A stretch of DNA of 64,000 nucleotides from Candidatus Ryanbacteria bacterium RIFCSPHIGHO2_02_FULL_45_17b. Lineage in GTDB: Bacteria > Patescibacteriota > Minisyncoccia > Ryanbacterales > 2-02-FULL-48-12. Both the position numbers and the translations under genes were made by a program. Below the pieces are notes generated by a model, which worked only from the letters and a program-made list of their open reading frames with translations, was not told the DNA's origin and did not search any database. Shown here one piece after another: positions 9,545-20,041 of this stretch (its first letter is position 1; every line of letters starts with the position of its first letter). The stretch is taken from the NCBI GenBank assembly GCA_001819815.1, contig MHNO01000009.1:147016-211015 (forward strand), read 5' to 3'.

Positions 9545-11335
9545 TTATACACTCCTGCGCGCGCGTGCCCGTTCTGCTTCGGTGCGAAACTGTTTGCGTA
9601 GACGCACATTATGAGGTGTTATTTCCAGATATTCATCATCAGCCATTACTTCCATGCCACGCTCTATGGTAAGCAAAAATGGCGGCGCTAATACTATCGC
9701 GTCATCCGTGCCTGACGCGCGCACATTCGTGAGTTGTTTTCCTTTCGTTGGGTTTACCCGCATTTCTTCACCTTTTGAAGTATTACCAATTACCATGCCT
9801 TCGTACACATCCGTACCAGGACCAATATAAAGCGTTCCACGTTCCTGTAAACCCCATAACGCATAACCCAATGCTTTGCCGGTCGCCATGGAAATCATGG
9901 AACCAACCAATCGTTTTTTAATTTCACCTACATAAGGACGAAAACCGATAAAATGCGAAGCAAGGATGCCCTCACCTTTTGTATCAATTACAAATTGATT
10001 CCTGTAGCCAAGTATACCGCGCGTGGGACCTTCAAATGTCATACGCACGCTTTTTTCATGGGTTGCCATATTTTTTAGCACAAATCCACGCGTGCCCAGG
10101 CGTTCAATAACCGTGCCTTGAAACTCGCTTGGCGTATCCACTAAAAGTTCTTCAAATGGCTCAACAGTAACACCCTGTTCTTCCCGCACAATTGCTTTTG
10201 GTTGTGATACCTGCACTTCATAGCCGGCGCGCCGCATATTTTCAAGAAGAATCGCAATATGAAGTTCCCCCCGGCCGTACACGCGAAAATTATCGGCAGA
10301 AGCGAAATCTACTTTCAGACCTACATTCACTTCCAGTTCGCGCGTAAGATATTCAGCAATTTGGCGCGATGTAACAAATTTTCCTTCCCGTCCCGCAAAG
10401 GGGGAATTGTTCACTAAAAATGAAAGCGCGATGGTTGGTTCATCAATGGCAATTGCCGGCAGTGGATCAACATTCGCATCGGTTGTTATGGTTTCTCCAA
10501 TAGTAATATCCGAAAGACCCGCGATAAGAACCACATCTCCCGCTGAAGCCTCAACGGCCTCCACTCGTTCAAGACCATGAAACAAAAATAGCTTGGAAAT
10601 TTTTCCCGAACGGGTTTGACCGTCTGGTTTTTTAACAAATAGATTAGCGCCTGTTTTGATAACGCCTTCGTAGACACGCGCTATCGCAAGGCGGCCAACA
10701 AAATTGTCGTATCCAAGATTAAATGGTTGGGCGCGAAGCGCGCATGATGCCAATTTTTCAGAAGATGCCGATGGCACATGTTCCAAAACGGCATCCAAAA
10801 GCGGCGAGAGATCTTTTGACTCAGCATCTAATGTGCGTTTGGCAATGCCTTCACGGCCTATGGCGTATATCACGGGAAATGTGGCTTGTTCCTCGGAAGC
10901 TCCCAAATCAAAAAATAACTCAAGCACTTTTTCTTCCGTGCGATGAGGATCAGCCGCCGGTTTATCAATTTTATTTATTACCACGATGGGACGCAGTCCG
11001 AGCTCTAAAGATTTTTTGAGCACGAAACGAGTTTGAGGCATAGGCCCTTCCTGCGCGTCCACTATCAATAACACGGAATCAATAGAACGTAATACGCGCT
11101 CGACTTCAGAACCAAAGTCCGCGTGACCGGGCGTATCTACGATATTTATTTTTGTGTCTTTATAAAAGAGAGAGGCATTTTTAGAATAGATGGTAATGCC
11201 GCGTTCTTGTTCCAAAGAATTGGAATCCATGGAAACTCCTTCTTTTGCGGCTCCCATTTGGCGCAACAACGCATCGGTAAGAGTAGTTTTACCGTGATCT
11301 ACGTGCGCGATAATTGCGATGTTTCTGATTTCCAT
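9545..11335 (-). CDS. typA: Translational GTPase TypA/BipA
   Basis: IRNIAIIAHVDHGKTTLTDALL; EF-G-like domain order; 596 aa. Confidence 0.9.
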   Translation of the reverse strand: MEIRNIAIIAHVDHGKTTLTDALLRQMGAAKEGVSMDSNSLEQERGITIYSKNASLFYKDTKINIVDTPGHADFGSEVERVLRSIDSVLLIVDAQEGPMPQTRFVLKKSLELGLRPIVVINKIDKPAADPHRTEEKVLELFFDLGASEEQATFPVIYAIGREGIAKRTLDAESKDLSPLLDAVLEHVPSASSEKLASCALRAQPFNLGYDNFVGRLAIARVYEGVIKTGANLFVKKPDGQTRSGKISKLFLFHGLERVEAVEASAGDVVLIAGLSDITIGETITTDANVDPLPAIAIDEPTIALSFLVNNSPFAGREGKFVTSRQIAEYLTRELEVNVGLKVDFASADNFRVYGRGELHIAILLENMRRAGYEVQVSQPKAIVREEQGVTVEPFEELLVDTPSEFQGTVIERLGTRGFVLKNMATHEKSVRMTFEGPTRGILGYRNQFVIDTKGEGILASHFIGFRPYVGEIKKRLVGSMISMATGKALGYALWGLQERGTLYIGPGTDVYEGMVIGNTSKGEEMRVNPTKGKQLTNVRASGTDDAIVLAPPFLLTIERGMEVMADDEYLEITPHNVRLRKQFRTEAERARARRSV

Positions 11336-11396
11336 AATGATAAAGCAAAACGCCCCAACTAGAGCGGATGGGGCGCTTACGCTTTGGCATCACTGC

Positions 11397-11600
11397 CTAG
11401 GCAATCTTGCTGACCTTAACCGCGTTCGGTCCTTTCGGACTGTCGGCGACTTCAAAGGTCACCCGATCACCTTCGCGAAGCTCATCAAAGGTTACACCTT
11501 CGAGCTCGTTAGAGTGGAAAAAGAGATCTTTTTCCTGACCCTCACGTTTGATGAACCCGAAACCCTTGTCGGTGAGACGGGCAATTGTTCCTTCTTCCAT
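11397..11600 (-). CDS. Cold-shock protein (CspA family), second paralog
   Basis: 67 aa, GTIARLTDKGFGFI...KDLFFH. Confidence 0.85.
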   Translation of the reverse strand: MEEGTIARLTDKGFGFIKREGQEKDLFFHSNELEGVTFDELREGDRVTFEVADSPKGPNAVKVSKIA

Positions 11601-11728
11601 AAAAGCGAAGTAAGAAAAGTTGATAAAATATCAAGCAAAATACGTTGAAGATAGAGACTCGATCCATTTCTCTGGATCAGCGCTGCATTGATACACTCAA
11701 GTATATCATAGCCAAACCATATTGTCAA

Positions 11729-12691
11729 CTACTTTTCATCATTAATTTTATTTAGAATTTTCTTGACTTTTTCCAAACTCTCTTCGTCGTGAATAGAAAG
11801 CGCAAATACATTTTTGGTGACTTTTTTTAGAGCGGTAATTTTTTTCTTTATTTCTAAAGGAGTGGCAACATCGCTTTTTGAAAGAAATATATATTCTGTT
11901 TTTTCCGCAAGGTTTTTACTGTAGGATGAAAGCTCCTTTCTTATGACTTTATAATCTGCTACGGGGTCCGCGGACTCTGCGGATATGAGATGAAACAAAA
12001 TTTTTGTGCGTTCAATATGCCTTAAAAACTTAGCGCCCAAACCTTTCCCCTCGGATGCTCCTTCTATAATTCCCGGGATGTCGGCGAGGATAAGATCATA
12101 GTACACGCCCAAGTGCGGTTCAAGCGTAGTGAACGCGTAATTCGCCACCTTGCTTTTTGCTTCGGTAAGCTCGTTTAACAAGCTTGACTTCCCTGCATTT
12201 GGCAACCCAATAAGCCCTACATCAGCAATAAGCTTAAGCTCAAGCTTGAGCGTGAAGTGTTCCCCCGGGAGGCCCGGTTGAAACTCCCGAGGACTTGTGT
12301 TTGTAGGCGAGCGAAATTTATAATTTCCCTTACCGCCTCTGCCGCCCTTAGCCACCAAAATCCGCTCGCCGATTTTTAAAACTTCTTTTGTCTCTTGTGT
12401 TTCAACCACGCGAATTACCGTACCTACGGGAATGCGCAACACAACATCCGGCGCGTCCGGCCCATCGCTAAATTGCGCTTTCCCATTTGCGCCGTTTTTT
12501 GCTTCAATATCTTTCTTGTATCTAAATTGGCTTAAAGCACCCAGATCAGAAATGCCTTCAACATAGACACTGCCACCCTTTCCCCCATTCCCACCCGTAG
12601 GCCCCAAACTCATTTTGATAGTACTGAAAGCAACGCCGCCTCTGCCGCCCTTTCCTGATGTTACCGTAATGGTGATTTCGTCGATAAGCAT
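11729..12691 (-). CDS. obg: GTPase Obg/CgtA
   Basis: Obg glycine-rich N-domain (SGKGGRGGVAFS...GGNGGKGG), G-domain GLIGLPNAGKSSLL, DIPGII. Start at the internal ATG (MLIDEITI). Confidence 0.85.
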   Translation of the reverse strand: MLIDEITITVTSGKGGRGGVAFSTIKMSLGPTGGNGGKGGSVYVEGISDLGALSQFRYKKDIEAKNGANGKAQFSDGPDAPDVVLRIPVGTVIRVVETQETKEVLKIGERILVAKGGRGGKGNYKFRSPTNTSPREFQPGLPGEHFTLKLELKLIADVGLIGLPNAGKSSLLNELTEAKSKVANYAFTTLEPHLGVYYDLILADIPGIIEGASEGKGLGAKFLRHIERTKILFHLISAESADPVADYKVIRKELSSYSKNLAEKTEYIFLSKSDVATPLEIKKKITALKKVTKNVFALSIHDEESLEKVKKILNKINDEK

Positions 12692-12806
12692 AGTGAGACT
12701 AGTAAGGATAGAGTAAAAAATCTTTCGTAGCAATGGGTAAGCAAAAACTGTGCCATAACAAAAGGCCATGCATTTCCAAGATATGCATGGCCAGCCTTAT
12801 AACAGT

Positions 12807-13400
12807 TTATTCAGGATGCTTTGTTACAATCACACGCACCCCGGGAATCATAAAGTCATACTCCTTTCTTAATGACTCCGCCAAAGCCTCATTATTAACG
12901 TCCTCTGACGATAAAGAGGCAAGTGTTTCCCTTAAACGGTTGTTCCTCGTTGTCGGATCGTCTTTAAAAAATGGAACCGGACCCCATGTTTCCTTGGGGA
13001 AATGAACATCCGCCCTTATTATCCATACTATGGAATCAATAGTCTTCTTGATTCCTATGTTCAAAACCCGTGGATATTTGTGCGGCGTATACCGCGTATA
13101 GCCTTCTGGGGCTAGTTTCATTTCACAAAACCCGGAAGCAAATATCTTTTGATCTTTTTTAACAAGCCAGAAATTTTCCGGGTCTTCAGGAAACAATCTC
13201 CTTTTGTTTAATCCGTACATGACGACCAACAACACCAACACGGCAAGAACTGCCAATATCAGTAACATCACCCATGAGTTGTTTAGCCATGAGACAAAGA
13301 TCACGGGTAACACGATAAGCCATGTAACGGGCCTGCCTCCTACCATAAAAACTGCCGCTGGAAAGACATCTCCTATTACAAGTTCTTCTTCTCTAAACAT
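12807..13400 (-). CDS. Hypothetical membrane protein (TM hairpin plus soluble domain; possibly bacterial PH-like)
   Basis: Two predicted TM helices followed by a ~130-aa domain. Confidence 0.35.
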   Translation of the reverse strand: MFREEELVIGDVFPAAVFMVGGRPVTWLIVLPVIFVSWLNNSWVMLLILAVLAVLVLLVVMYGLNKRRLFPEDPENFWLVKKDQKIFASGFCEMKLAPEGYTRYTPHKYPRVLNIGIKKTIDSIVWIIRADVHFPKETWGPVPFFKDDPTTRNNRLRETLASLSSEDVNNEALAESLRKEYDFMIPGVRVIVTKHPE

Positions 13401-13544
13401 CCTACACCTCCTTATGCCTACAGTTTATTGTTTCGTTGTTAGTTAAAAAAGAACGCCCATTTACCTAGCGAAAACATATCATATTCATAGGTAACTGTCA
13501 ATCCTCTTTGCCCATCGCGAATAGAGAGCGTAAAGACACTCTAT

Positions 13545-13958
13545 CTACCGCCACAACACAAGAATAAGCGCCATGACTTTGAGAGCAACCAATTGGTAGC
13601 CAATGTTTACAAAATACAGTTTCATGGACTTCCCTTCCCACAACACCGAATTGATCATGGTAGTAACAATGAAACCAAGCCACACCCAAAACGCAAGCAA
13701 AAACGCGCCATGTACCGTGACGGCGCCCCACACGGCCGCAAAATGCGCAAGCACAAACGCCATCACCAGCGCCATAAGAAACGCGCTTGCATAAAGTTTC
13801 CCCATGCCACGGTTCTTCAGTTCGTTTAAACGATCATCCGAAAGCCCCATCAAACGCATCCACATTTTTCCGAACAACGGTCCATACCACAATGCTCCCA
13901 AAATCATGTTGCTTACACCCGCAGCCAACACTGCCAAGTAGTTTATTTGAATATCCAT
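13545..13958 (-). CDS. DUF1761-family membrane protein
   Basis: MDIQINYLAVLAAGVSNMILGALWYGPLFGKMWMRL matches the DUF1761 N-terminus. Confidence 0.5.
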   Translation of the reverse strand: MDIQINYLAVLAAGVSNMILGALWYGPLFGKMWMRLMGLSDDRLNELKNRGMGKLYASAFLMALVMAFVLAHFAAVWGAVTVHGAFLLAFWVWLGFIVTTMINSVLWEGKSMKLYFVNIGYQLVALKVMALILVLWR

Positions 13959-14009
13959 AGAAATCGTTAATACTGCCAATAATACTACCAATAAATAGTA
14001 TCACTCTTT

Positions 14010-14774
14010 TCATTCAAACTCCAAGTATAGCGGCGCATGATCCGAAACCTCATCCGGTAGCACTTTAAAATCCTTTACCTCTATTCCCTTGCTCACAAAT
14101 GCGTAATCAGCAAATTTTTCAGGTTTTGTGTAGTGGCTTGTTCGTGTGGAAGTAATACCATATTCTTTTATTAAATTACGAAGTCCGAACTCTTCAAGTT
14201 TCTCGATACTCTTTGTGTCGGGCAAGAGATTAAAGTCCCCGCAAATAATGTACGGATTTTGAATAGTTTGCATAAAACGAATAATGTTATCTGATTGTAG
14301 TAACCGATCTTCGCTATCACCTTTACCCTTTCCATTCCACATCCCATGGAAATTCATTACTGTTCTGTTTCCTCTAGGTGTTTCAAAAGTTATATACTCT
14401 ACATTCCGTGCATGAAAACCAACATCACCCTGTGGTACGTGCCCCCGTTCTTTGTACACAAAAATATCTCCTTCCTCAACCACAGATAGACTTTTCTTAA
14501 CAAGCATCATAAGACCATAATTATCAAGATGGTGAGGACGAAAGTACGATGTATGCCTATCAAGAACGGCGGAAATATCTTGCATACCGTAAACCATTAT
14601 GTTGGAGTGATTAAGTTCAAGCCCACCCACCGCCTGCCCTTCAAGATGTTCGTAAGGTGCAGACCAAATTTCCTGCAAACAAAAAATATCAACATCTTTA
14701 TTATTCTCAAAAAATACGAGAAGTTTTTCCTTCCCGGCTCGTCCACCCCACGTGTTTAATGAAATGAGTTTCAT
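14010..14774 (-). CDS. Endonuclease/exonuclease/phosphatase (EEP) family protein
   Basis: LNTWGG...DVDIFCLQEIW start and a C-terminal SDHAP motif. Confidence 0.6.
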   Translation of the reverse strand: MKLISLNTWGGRAGKEKLLVFFENNKDVDIFCLQEIWSAPYEHLEGQAVGGLELNHSNIMVYGMQDISAVLDRHTSYFRPHHLDNYGLMMLVKKSLSVVEEGDIFVYKERGHVPQGDVGFHARNVEYITFETPRGNRTVMNFHGMWNGKGKGDSEDRLLQSDNIIRFMQTIQNPYIICGDFNLLPDTKSIEKLEEFGLRNLIKEYGITSTRTSHYTKPEKFADYAFVSKGIEVKDFKVLPDEVSDHAPLYLEFE

Positions 14775-15493
14775 AATTTTTCTTTTATCGCTTCATACCA
14801 AACCGCATACCCATCATCAGAAAGATGTAAACCGTCTTTGGCATAGTAACGTTCAGGATCCTTTGCGAATAGGTCGTCGGCATGTTCTTTAAAAAGATTT
14901 ATAAAAACAACACCTTCTTTCTCCGCAAGTGCGCGGAATACCGCATGATAGTTCCGCGTGCGATATGTATAGATGGATTCTATGGGCCATGGCCAAATGG
15001 GAGCAAGCCCAATATTTCCGGAAACAAGCCAGATAACGTGGTCTCCTTTTTCTTTGACTGCCTTCAAAAGAAGGCTTGCGTCAGATTCTGCTATTTTTAT
15101 GGAATGGAAACGAATGATGTCGTTCGCACCGCCCATGATAACAACAAGATCAAACCGCCCATCTACACCACTCACTTGTTCTGTAACTCCTGCAAGCTTA
15201 GCACCGCTCAGAGCGGTATTCACAATTTCCGCGTCTAGAAAATCTGCATGAAGTCTGCCTGCAATAGAATGTTCGCTCTGAACTGATCCAATCCCCACCG
15301 CAAGACTATCCCCTGCAACAAGAATTCTTTTGTATCGGTTTGCTCCTAATTTCTCTGCAGGAAAAGAAAAAGGAGTTGTGACCTCTATAAGACGTCCGCT
15401 TATTTGTACACGCCGAAAAAATTGCACACCGGAAAAACCAAGATACACAAGAATAATAAATAGGAAAATAAATTTTATCATAGCATTATCCAC
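14771..15493 (-). CDS. SGNH/GDSL-family lipase/esterase
   Basis: N-terminal signal anchor then VAGDSLAVG (GDSL block); 4-bp overlap with the EEP gene. Confidence 0.6.
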   Translation of the reverse strand: MDNAMIKFIFLFIILVYLGFSGVQFFRRVQISGRLIEVTTPFSFPAEKLGANRYKRILVAGDSLAVGIGSVQSEHSIAGRLHADFLDAEIVNTALSGAKLAGVTEQVSGVDGRFDLVVIMGGANDIIRFHSIKIAESDASLLLKAVKEKGDHVIWLVSGNIGLAPIWPWPIESIYTYRTRNYHAVFRALAEKEGVVFINLFKEHADDLFAKDPERYYAKDGLHLSDDGYAVWYEAIKEKL

Positions 15494-16103
15494 CTCGTTG
15501 CCATTCTAGAATTGCTTCAAACGGGTAGAGCAACATAATAATGTTAAGTGTTAAATTATCGTGAATCCAATACCCCACAAATACTTCCATGACTATAAGC
15601 AACGCAACAGTAACCCGCACCGGCAAGCGCCACGCAAGAAAAAACCCAAGAACCATAGCAAGCACGTCACTGGTTGAATTCACCACACTATCGCCAAAAT
15701 AGTCGTACGAGATAGTAATGGCGCGGTATCGATTAATAATGAAATCCGTGTTTTCAAAAAGCTCCCATGCCGTTTCGGCAAAAATGGCGAGCAGTAACAT
15801 AAACCCCACCGACCATCCTCCTGCACTCCAAGTAGAGCTTCGGAGGACAGGTCCGCGTTTTTTGCCAACGATCCACGCAACCCAATAAAATATAAAACCA
15901 TGGATGATATGCGAAAAGGTGTACCAATCGGAAATGTGCTGTGAGTTTTCAGACGTAAGCACGGTAGGTCCATGCCAGAATTTTATAAACCCGCACTCAC
16001 ATATTAATGGTTGACCCATCATATATAAAATGCCGGCAAATAATACTATAAGAAACGTACTTGCCAACAAAGAAGCGCGAAGTGATATAGACGGAAAATT
16101 CAT
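15486..16103 (-). CDS. Polytopic membrane protein, putative CREST/alkaline-ceramidase-like hydrolase (UPF0314/DUF2585-like)
   Basis: Seven-TM-like profile with conserved His/Asp/Ser positions ([16 protein letters not shown]). Overlaps the SGNH gene by 8 bp, so an operon. Confidence 0.35.
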   Translation of the reverse strand: MNFPSISLRASLLASTFLIVLFAGILYMMGQPLICECGFIKFWHGPTVLTSENSQHISDWYTFSHIIHGFIFYWVAWIVGKKRGPVLRSSTWSAGGWSVGFMLLLAIFAETAWELFENTDFIINRYRAITISYDYFGDSVVNSTSDVLAMVLGFFLAWRLPVRVTVALLIVMEVFVGYWIHDNLTLNIIMLLYPFEAILEWQRGG

Positions 16104-16189
16104 ATGTTTTCATGCTAACATACAAAGCGCGCTACCAAAAAGAATAGCGCGTCTCTTGAGATTTTATATTTCTCGTACATACTACACGT

Positions 16190-17035
16190 ATGACTGTTAA
16201 AGAAGAACCTATGGAACTCATTGAGGATGTTTCCACAAGCACTATGTCATACATCAACCGCCGGTGGGGTGCGTGGTTTTATGCACCCGGAGTTATACTG
16301 ACAATTCTTATTATATACGGCACATACTATTTTGAAGATACAGAACTTGTTACTCTCCCGCTTGTGTGGTTTTTAGGTGGATATTTCTATGCTCGCACAA
16401 AAATACTCAAAGAATTTATGAGGCAATTTGCCGTGAAAAACGGCTTTGAGTATTTTGAGAAAGATATTGCTGATATGCAAGGAGCTCTTTTTGAAAAGGG
16501 ACACAGCAAAGTAGCAAGTAATATGATTTATGGACGATACAACAACCGTCGAATGCGATTTTTTAACTATCAGTTCTCCACCGGTCAAGGAAAACACCGG
16601 CGAACGTATGACCATACCGTATGTGAACTGACATTGCCAGGCATTGCGCCAAACATTCTTGTAGAATCAAAAAACTTTTTTGACTTCAATAGCTTCAAAA
16701 AACCCTCTCAAAAAGAAATGCCGCTTGAAAGCGCATTCCAGAATTATTTTAAAACATACGCGCCCGAAGATTTTGATATAGAAACATTTGAGCTATTTAC
16801 CCCCGAAGTAATGACGGCATTAATTGATAGGGCACAGGGATACGACTTTGAATTTATAGAAAACAAATTATATATCTTTCGTCAAAAAATTATAACAAAA
16901 CGCGTTGAACTCCATTCTCTATTTTACCTGGCGCAATATCTGATAATCACTCTTTGGCCGCGGGTTATACGCTTACAAGATGATATTGCGGCTATTCATG
17001 CCGTACGGAAAAAAAGCGACCAACCTCTTAGTTAA
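16190..17035 (+). CDS. Hypothetical membrane-anchored protein
   Basis: 281-aa ORF with an N-terminal TM pair and no recognised catalytic motif. Confidence 0.4.
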   Translation: MTVKEEPMELIEDVSTSTMSYINRRWGAWFYAPGVILTILIIYGTYYFEDTELVTLPLVWFLGGYFYARTKILKEFMRQFAVKNGFEYFEKDIADMQGALFEKGHSKVASNMIYGRYNNRRMRFFNYQFSTGQGKHRRTYDHTVCELTLPGIAPNILVESKNFFDFNSFKKPSQKEMPLESAFQNYFKTYAPEDFDIETFELFTPEVMTALIDRAQGYDFEFIENKLYIFRQKIITKRVELHSLFYLAQYLIITLWPRVIRLQDDIAAIHAVRKKSDQPLS

Positions 17036-17375
17036 TTTTTGAACCGGGAGGTACGTCTTTTTCTGCTGAAAGAAGTACGGGCATACCCTCTGCGTCGCGC
17101 GCGGCAAGCAACATGCCCTGTGATTCCAAACCCATGAGCACACGGGGTTCAAGATTTGCCACAACAATAATTTCCTTTCCTGTCAGAGTTTCCGGCGCGT
17201 ATGCCTTCCCGATACCTGCAATAATTTGGCGCGTAGTAGCATCTCCTGTGTCTATTTCCAACCGCAGCAGTTTTTCTGAACCACTCACACGCTCGGCGTT
17301 CACTACGCGTGCCACACGAAAATCAAGCTTCGAAAAATGATCATACGAAATGATTTCTTTTGTGTTTTCATCCAT
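17028..17375 (-). CDS. tRNA-binding domain protein (CsaA/EMAP-like)
   Basis: YDHFSKLDFRVARVVNAERV...GKEIIVVANLEPRVLMG, the Myf/CsaA OB-fold. Confidence 0.7.
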   Translation of the reverse strand: MDENTKEIISYDHFSKLDFRVARVVNAERVSGSEKLLRLEIDTGDATTRQIIAGIGKAYAPETLTGKEIIVVANLEPRVLMGLESQGMLLAARDAEGMPVLLSAEKDVPPGSKIN

Positions 17376-17384
17376 GTTTGGTAT

Positions 17385-17588
17385 TTACAACAAACCGTTA
17401 AATGAACCGAGATACACATCCAAAAACTGCGGAATAATAAAGACAAGCCCCGCAAGTGGCAGTACAAACAAAATAACAGTAACCCAAATAATCACGAGAA
17501 AATATTTGCGCGTCTTTTCCACTGATTTCCAAATGGCATCAAGCTTCGCGCCCTGTTCTTTTATTGTTTGAAACAATTCGTTTTCCAT
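17385..17588 (-). CDS. Small membrane protein
   Basis: 67 aa, one TM helix. Confidence 0.3.
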   Translation of the reverse strand: MENELFQTIKEQGAKLDAIWKSVEKTRKYFLVIIWVTVILFVLPLAGLVFIIPQFLDVYLGSFNGLL

Positions 17589-17691
17589 AGATAGAGGTTT
17601 ATTATAACATATCGTCTTAGGAAAAAAAGCCTAAAAACCTCCGTATAGAAATTGAAAAACTTTGTAAATTATCCTACGCGTCTGCTACTAT

Positions 17692-19089
17692 GTGAATATG
17701 AAACGCATTCTCGCAACCATGTTGTCTTTATTCCTTTTAGTATCCTTTTTTCTGCCATCCCGCGCTCTTGCGGCGCGTTCGCTCTCAATCGGACTCTCGG
17801 GCAGTGATGTGGCGGCGTTGCAGAACGTCCTCATTGAAAAAGGATATCTTGCCACGGGAAAAGCCACCGGGTATTTCGGCCCCCTCACAGAAGCCGGTAT
17901 CAAAAAATTCCAGTGCGACCAAAACATCGTCTGCGCGGGAACACGTGCTTCCGGCTACGGCGTATATGGACCTCGCACGCAAGCGGCTCTGGCAGGTGCT
18001 AGCTCAATCAATCAATTTGAGTTTTCCGGGTGGATACCCTACTGGCGCACAGCCACCGGCACCGCGGATGTTCTCCCCCACCTCTCGCAACTCACAAGCG
18101 TAATGCCTTTCGGGTACACCATGAAAAACGACGGCACGCTTGCCGATACCGCGAAACTTAGGGAAGAACCCTGGACGTCGTTTATTGCGGCGGCAAAAAA
18201 AGCAAATGTCCGCGTTGTTCCCACTGTGATGTGGGGTAATGGCGAGACCATACACCGCGTACTTAGCAACACCGCCACGCGCATCGCGCTGGAAGATGAA
18301 ATAGCGAACGTAGTAAAGCAAAGTGGGTTTGACGGCATTGATATAGACTTTGAAGCAAAAAAACATGAAACCATAGATTATTTCTCCACGTTTCTGAAAG
18401 GGCTTGATATGCGCCTCGGCAACAAATTGCTCTACTGCACAATTGAGGCTCGTATGCCGCTGGACCATCGCTACAGCCCTGGTGCTGTCATACCACCCGA
18501 TGCCATGGATTACGCCAACGACTACAAAGAAATAAACAAATACTGTGACCGCGTAGAAATCATGGCATATGACCAAGGCACCATAGACGTGCATCTGAAT
18601 GGCATCCGGTCAAAACCATACGCGCCGGTTGCCGATCCGGCATGGGTGGAGACATTGGTTACCCTCGCGGCAAAAAGCATTTCAAAAAATAAAATCATAG
18701 TGGGCATCCCCACCTATGGCTATGAATATCAAATTTCACTTCTTCCGGACGCAAGTTTTGAGTATAAGGTGCTTTGGCCGTTTAACCCCCGATACGCCAT
18801 TGATATCGCCAAAAAAATCGGCATCACCCCCACTCGAACCGGCGCGGGCGAGTTAGGTTTTCTGACAACTTCAGCCACATCAGTTCCCGCGGGCGCCGAA
18901 GCCACAGAAGCAGAACCAACAACCATTCCGCCCGTAAGCACGCTCATTTCTTTAAATTACCTAACCTGGAGTGACGCAAAAGCTATTGCGGACAAAGTCG
19001 CCCTCGCGCGGAAATTAGGCGTACGCGGCGTGGCAGTCTTTAAGTTTGACGGCGGACAAGATCCCGGGATGTGGGGCGTATTGAAATAA
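17692..19089 (+). CDS. Secreted glycoside hydrolase family 18-like protein with N-terminal peptidoglycan-binding domain
   Basis: Signal peptide; PG_binding_1-like repeat (LSGSDVAALQNVLIEKGYLATGKATGYFGPLTEAGIKKFQ); GH18 catalytic motif FDGIDIDFE. Confidence 0.7.
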   Translation: MNMKRILATMLSLFLLVSFFLPSRALAARSLSIGLSGSDVAALQNVLIEKGYLATGKATGYFGPLTEAGIKKFQCDQNIVCAGTRASGYGVYGPRTQAALAGASSINQFEFSGWIPYWRTATGTADVLPHLSQLTSVMPFGYTMKNDGTLADTAKLREEPWTSFIAAAKKANVRVVPTVMWGNGETIHRVLSNTATRIALEDEIANVVKQSGFDGIDIDFEAKKHETIDYFSTFLKGLDMRLGNKLLYCTIEARMPLDHRYSPGAVIPPDAMDYANDYKEINKYCDRVEIMAYDQGTIDVHLNGIRSKPYAPVADPAWVETLVTLAAKSISKNKIIVGIPTYGYEYQISLLPDASFEYKVLWPFNPRYAIDIAKKIGITPTRTGAGELGFLTTSATSVPAGAEATEAEPTTIPPVSTLISLNYLTWSDAKAIADKVALARKLGVRGVAVFKFDGGQDPGMWGVLK

Positions 19090-19105
19090 AGTACCACTAT
19101 ACAAT

Positions 19106-19567
19106 CTATGTAATCAAATCCAAATCTCCACCAAGAAAAATAGGCTTCATGCCTAATATTTCCTGCTTGTAAGAAAGTTCGGAAGAAACCGGGTTGAGTA
19201 TATAAATGGGTTTTTTCAAAAAGAATGCCACACCGATTTCAATAAGAGTATTACCGCCAATATACCCCGCCACACCTCGTTTTTCATGATTGGCAACAAC
19301 TATGGCATCGCCCCACTCAATTTTCTCATAGTGATCTCTGATTGCACTTTCTTTCATGTCCCAAAGCGTATGGCCTACCGGAAACGCGTCCACTCCACCC
19401 TTATCTTCAATATATTTGGCAAAATATATTTTCCGGTCCCCGCCCATTTCTGGAATTTCGTTGCGCAAAAGTGGAATGCGAACCTCATGGCCTTTGGCCT
19501 CTAGTGCACTTTTGAGCTCTTCCATTTCTTTATAGAAAGCAATACTTCCACAAACAGTTATTTTCAT
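19106..19567 (-). CDS. Nucleoside 2-deoxyribosyltransferase-like (DNPH1/Rcl-like) protein
   Basis: N-terminal MKITVCGSIAFY resembles the MKIYFCGSIRGG signature of that fold; weak. Confidence 0.35.
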   Translation of the reverse strand: MKITVCGSIAFYKEMEELKSALEAKGHEVRIPLLRNEIPEMGGDRKIYFAKYIEDKGGVDAFPVGHTLWDMKESAIRDHYEKIEWGDAIVVANHEKRGVAGYIGGNTLIEIGVAFFLKKPIYILNPVSSELSYKQEILGMKPIFLGGDLDLIT

Positions 19568-19569
19568 AT

Positions 19570-20037
19570 TTATAGTATAGCTAATTCTTTAAACCATTCA
19601 TACATCACCGGTTCTAAGCCCGGATTTTCATTCCACTCGTCTTCCGAAATTTCTTTTTTTACATACCTCTCCGTTTTTTCTGCCAGCTTTTTTATTTCAT
19701 CTTTTGTATGCCAGCCTGCCTGTTTCGTTTCCTTCTGGCTACGTTTCAGAGTACCATGCGCCTCAACTTGAAACAGTTTCCAATAATGGTAGATGCCACC
19801 CGCGCGTCGGCAAGGATTTTCTTTTCTACCCTCCGCAATCAATCGCAATCCCATCGCATCCAACCCGACTTCTTCCTTAAGCTCTCTTTTTGCCGAATCT
19901 TCATAGGTTGCATCCCCATCAACATGCCCCGCGGGAACCGCAAAACCCTTTGGAAACTTAGCCCTTTCTATGAGCAAGAGCTTGTCTCCTCTCCACACCA
20001 TAATCCCGACGCTTGTATGATCACAAACTTTCTCCAT
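19570..20037 (-). CDS. NUDIX hydrolase
   Basis: Nudix box AKRELKEEVGL. The track start at 20061 is TTG, so the ATG at 20037 is preferred. Confidence 0.7.
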   Translation of the reverse strand: MEKVCDHTSVGIMVWRGDKLLLIERAKFPKGFAVPAGHVDGDATYEDSAKRELKEEVGLDAMGLRLIAEGRKENPCRRAGGIYHYWKLFQVEAHGTLKRSQKETKQAGWHTKDEIKKLAEKTERYVKKEISEDEWNENPGLEPVMYEWFKELAIL

Positions 20038-20041
20038 ATTT

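Noticed and set aside
16104-16189. Short GC palindrome (agcgcgcta...tagcgcg) upstream of 16190..17035
   Set aside because: Only a 7-8 bp stem, within the noise for an intergenic region.
18004-18594. 196-aa '-' ORF antisense within the GH18 gene
   Set aside because: It is entirely inside a motif-supported '+' gene with no independent motif; a typical antisense shadow ORF.
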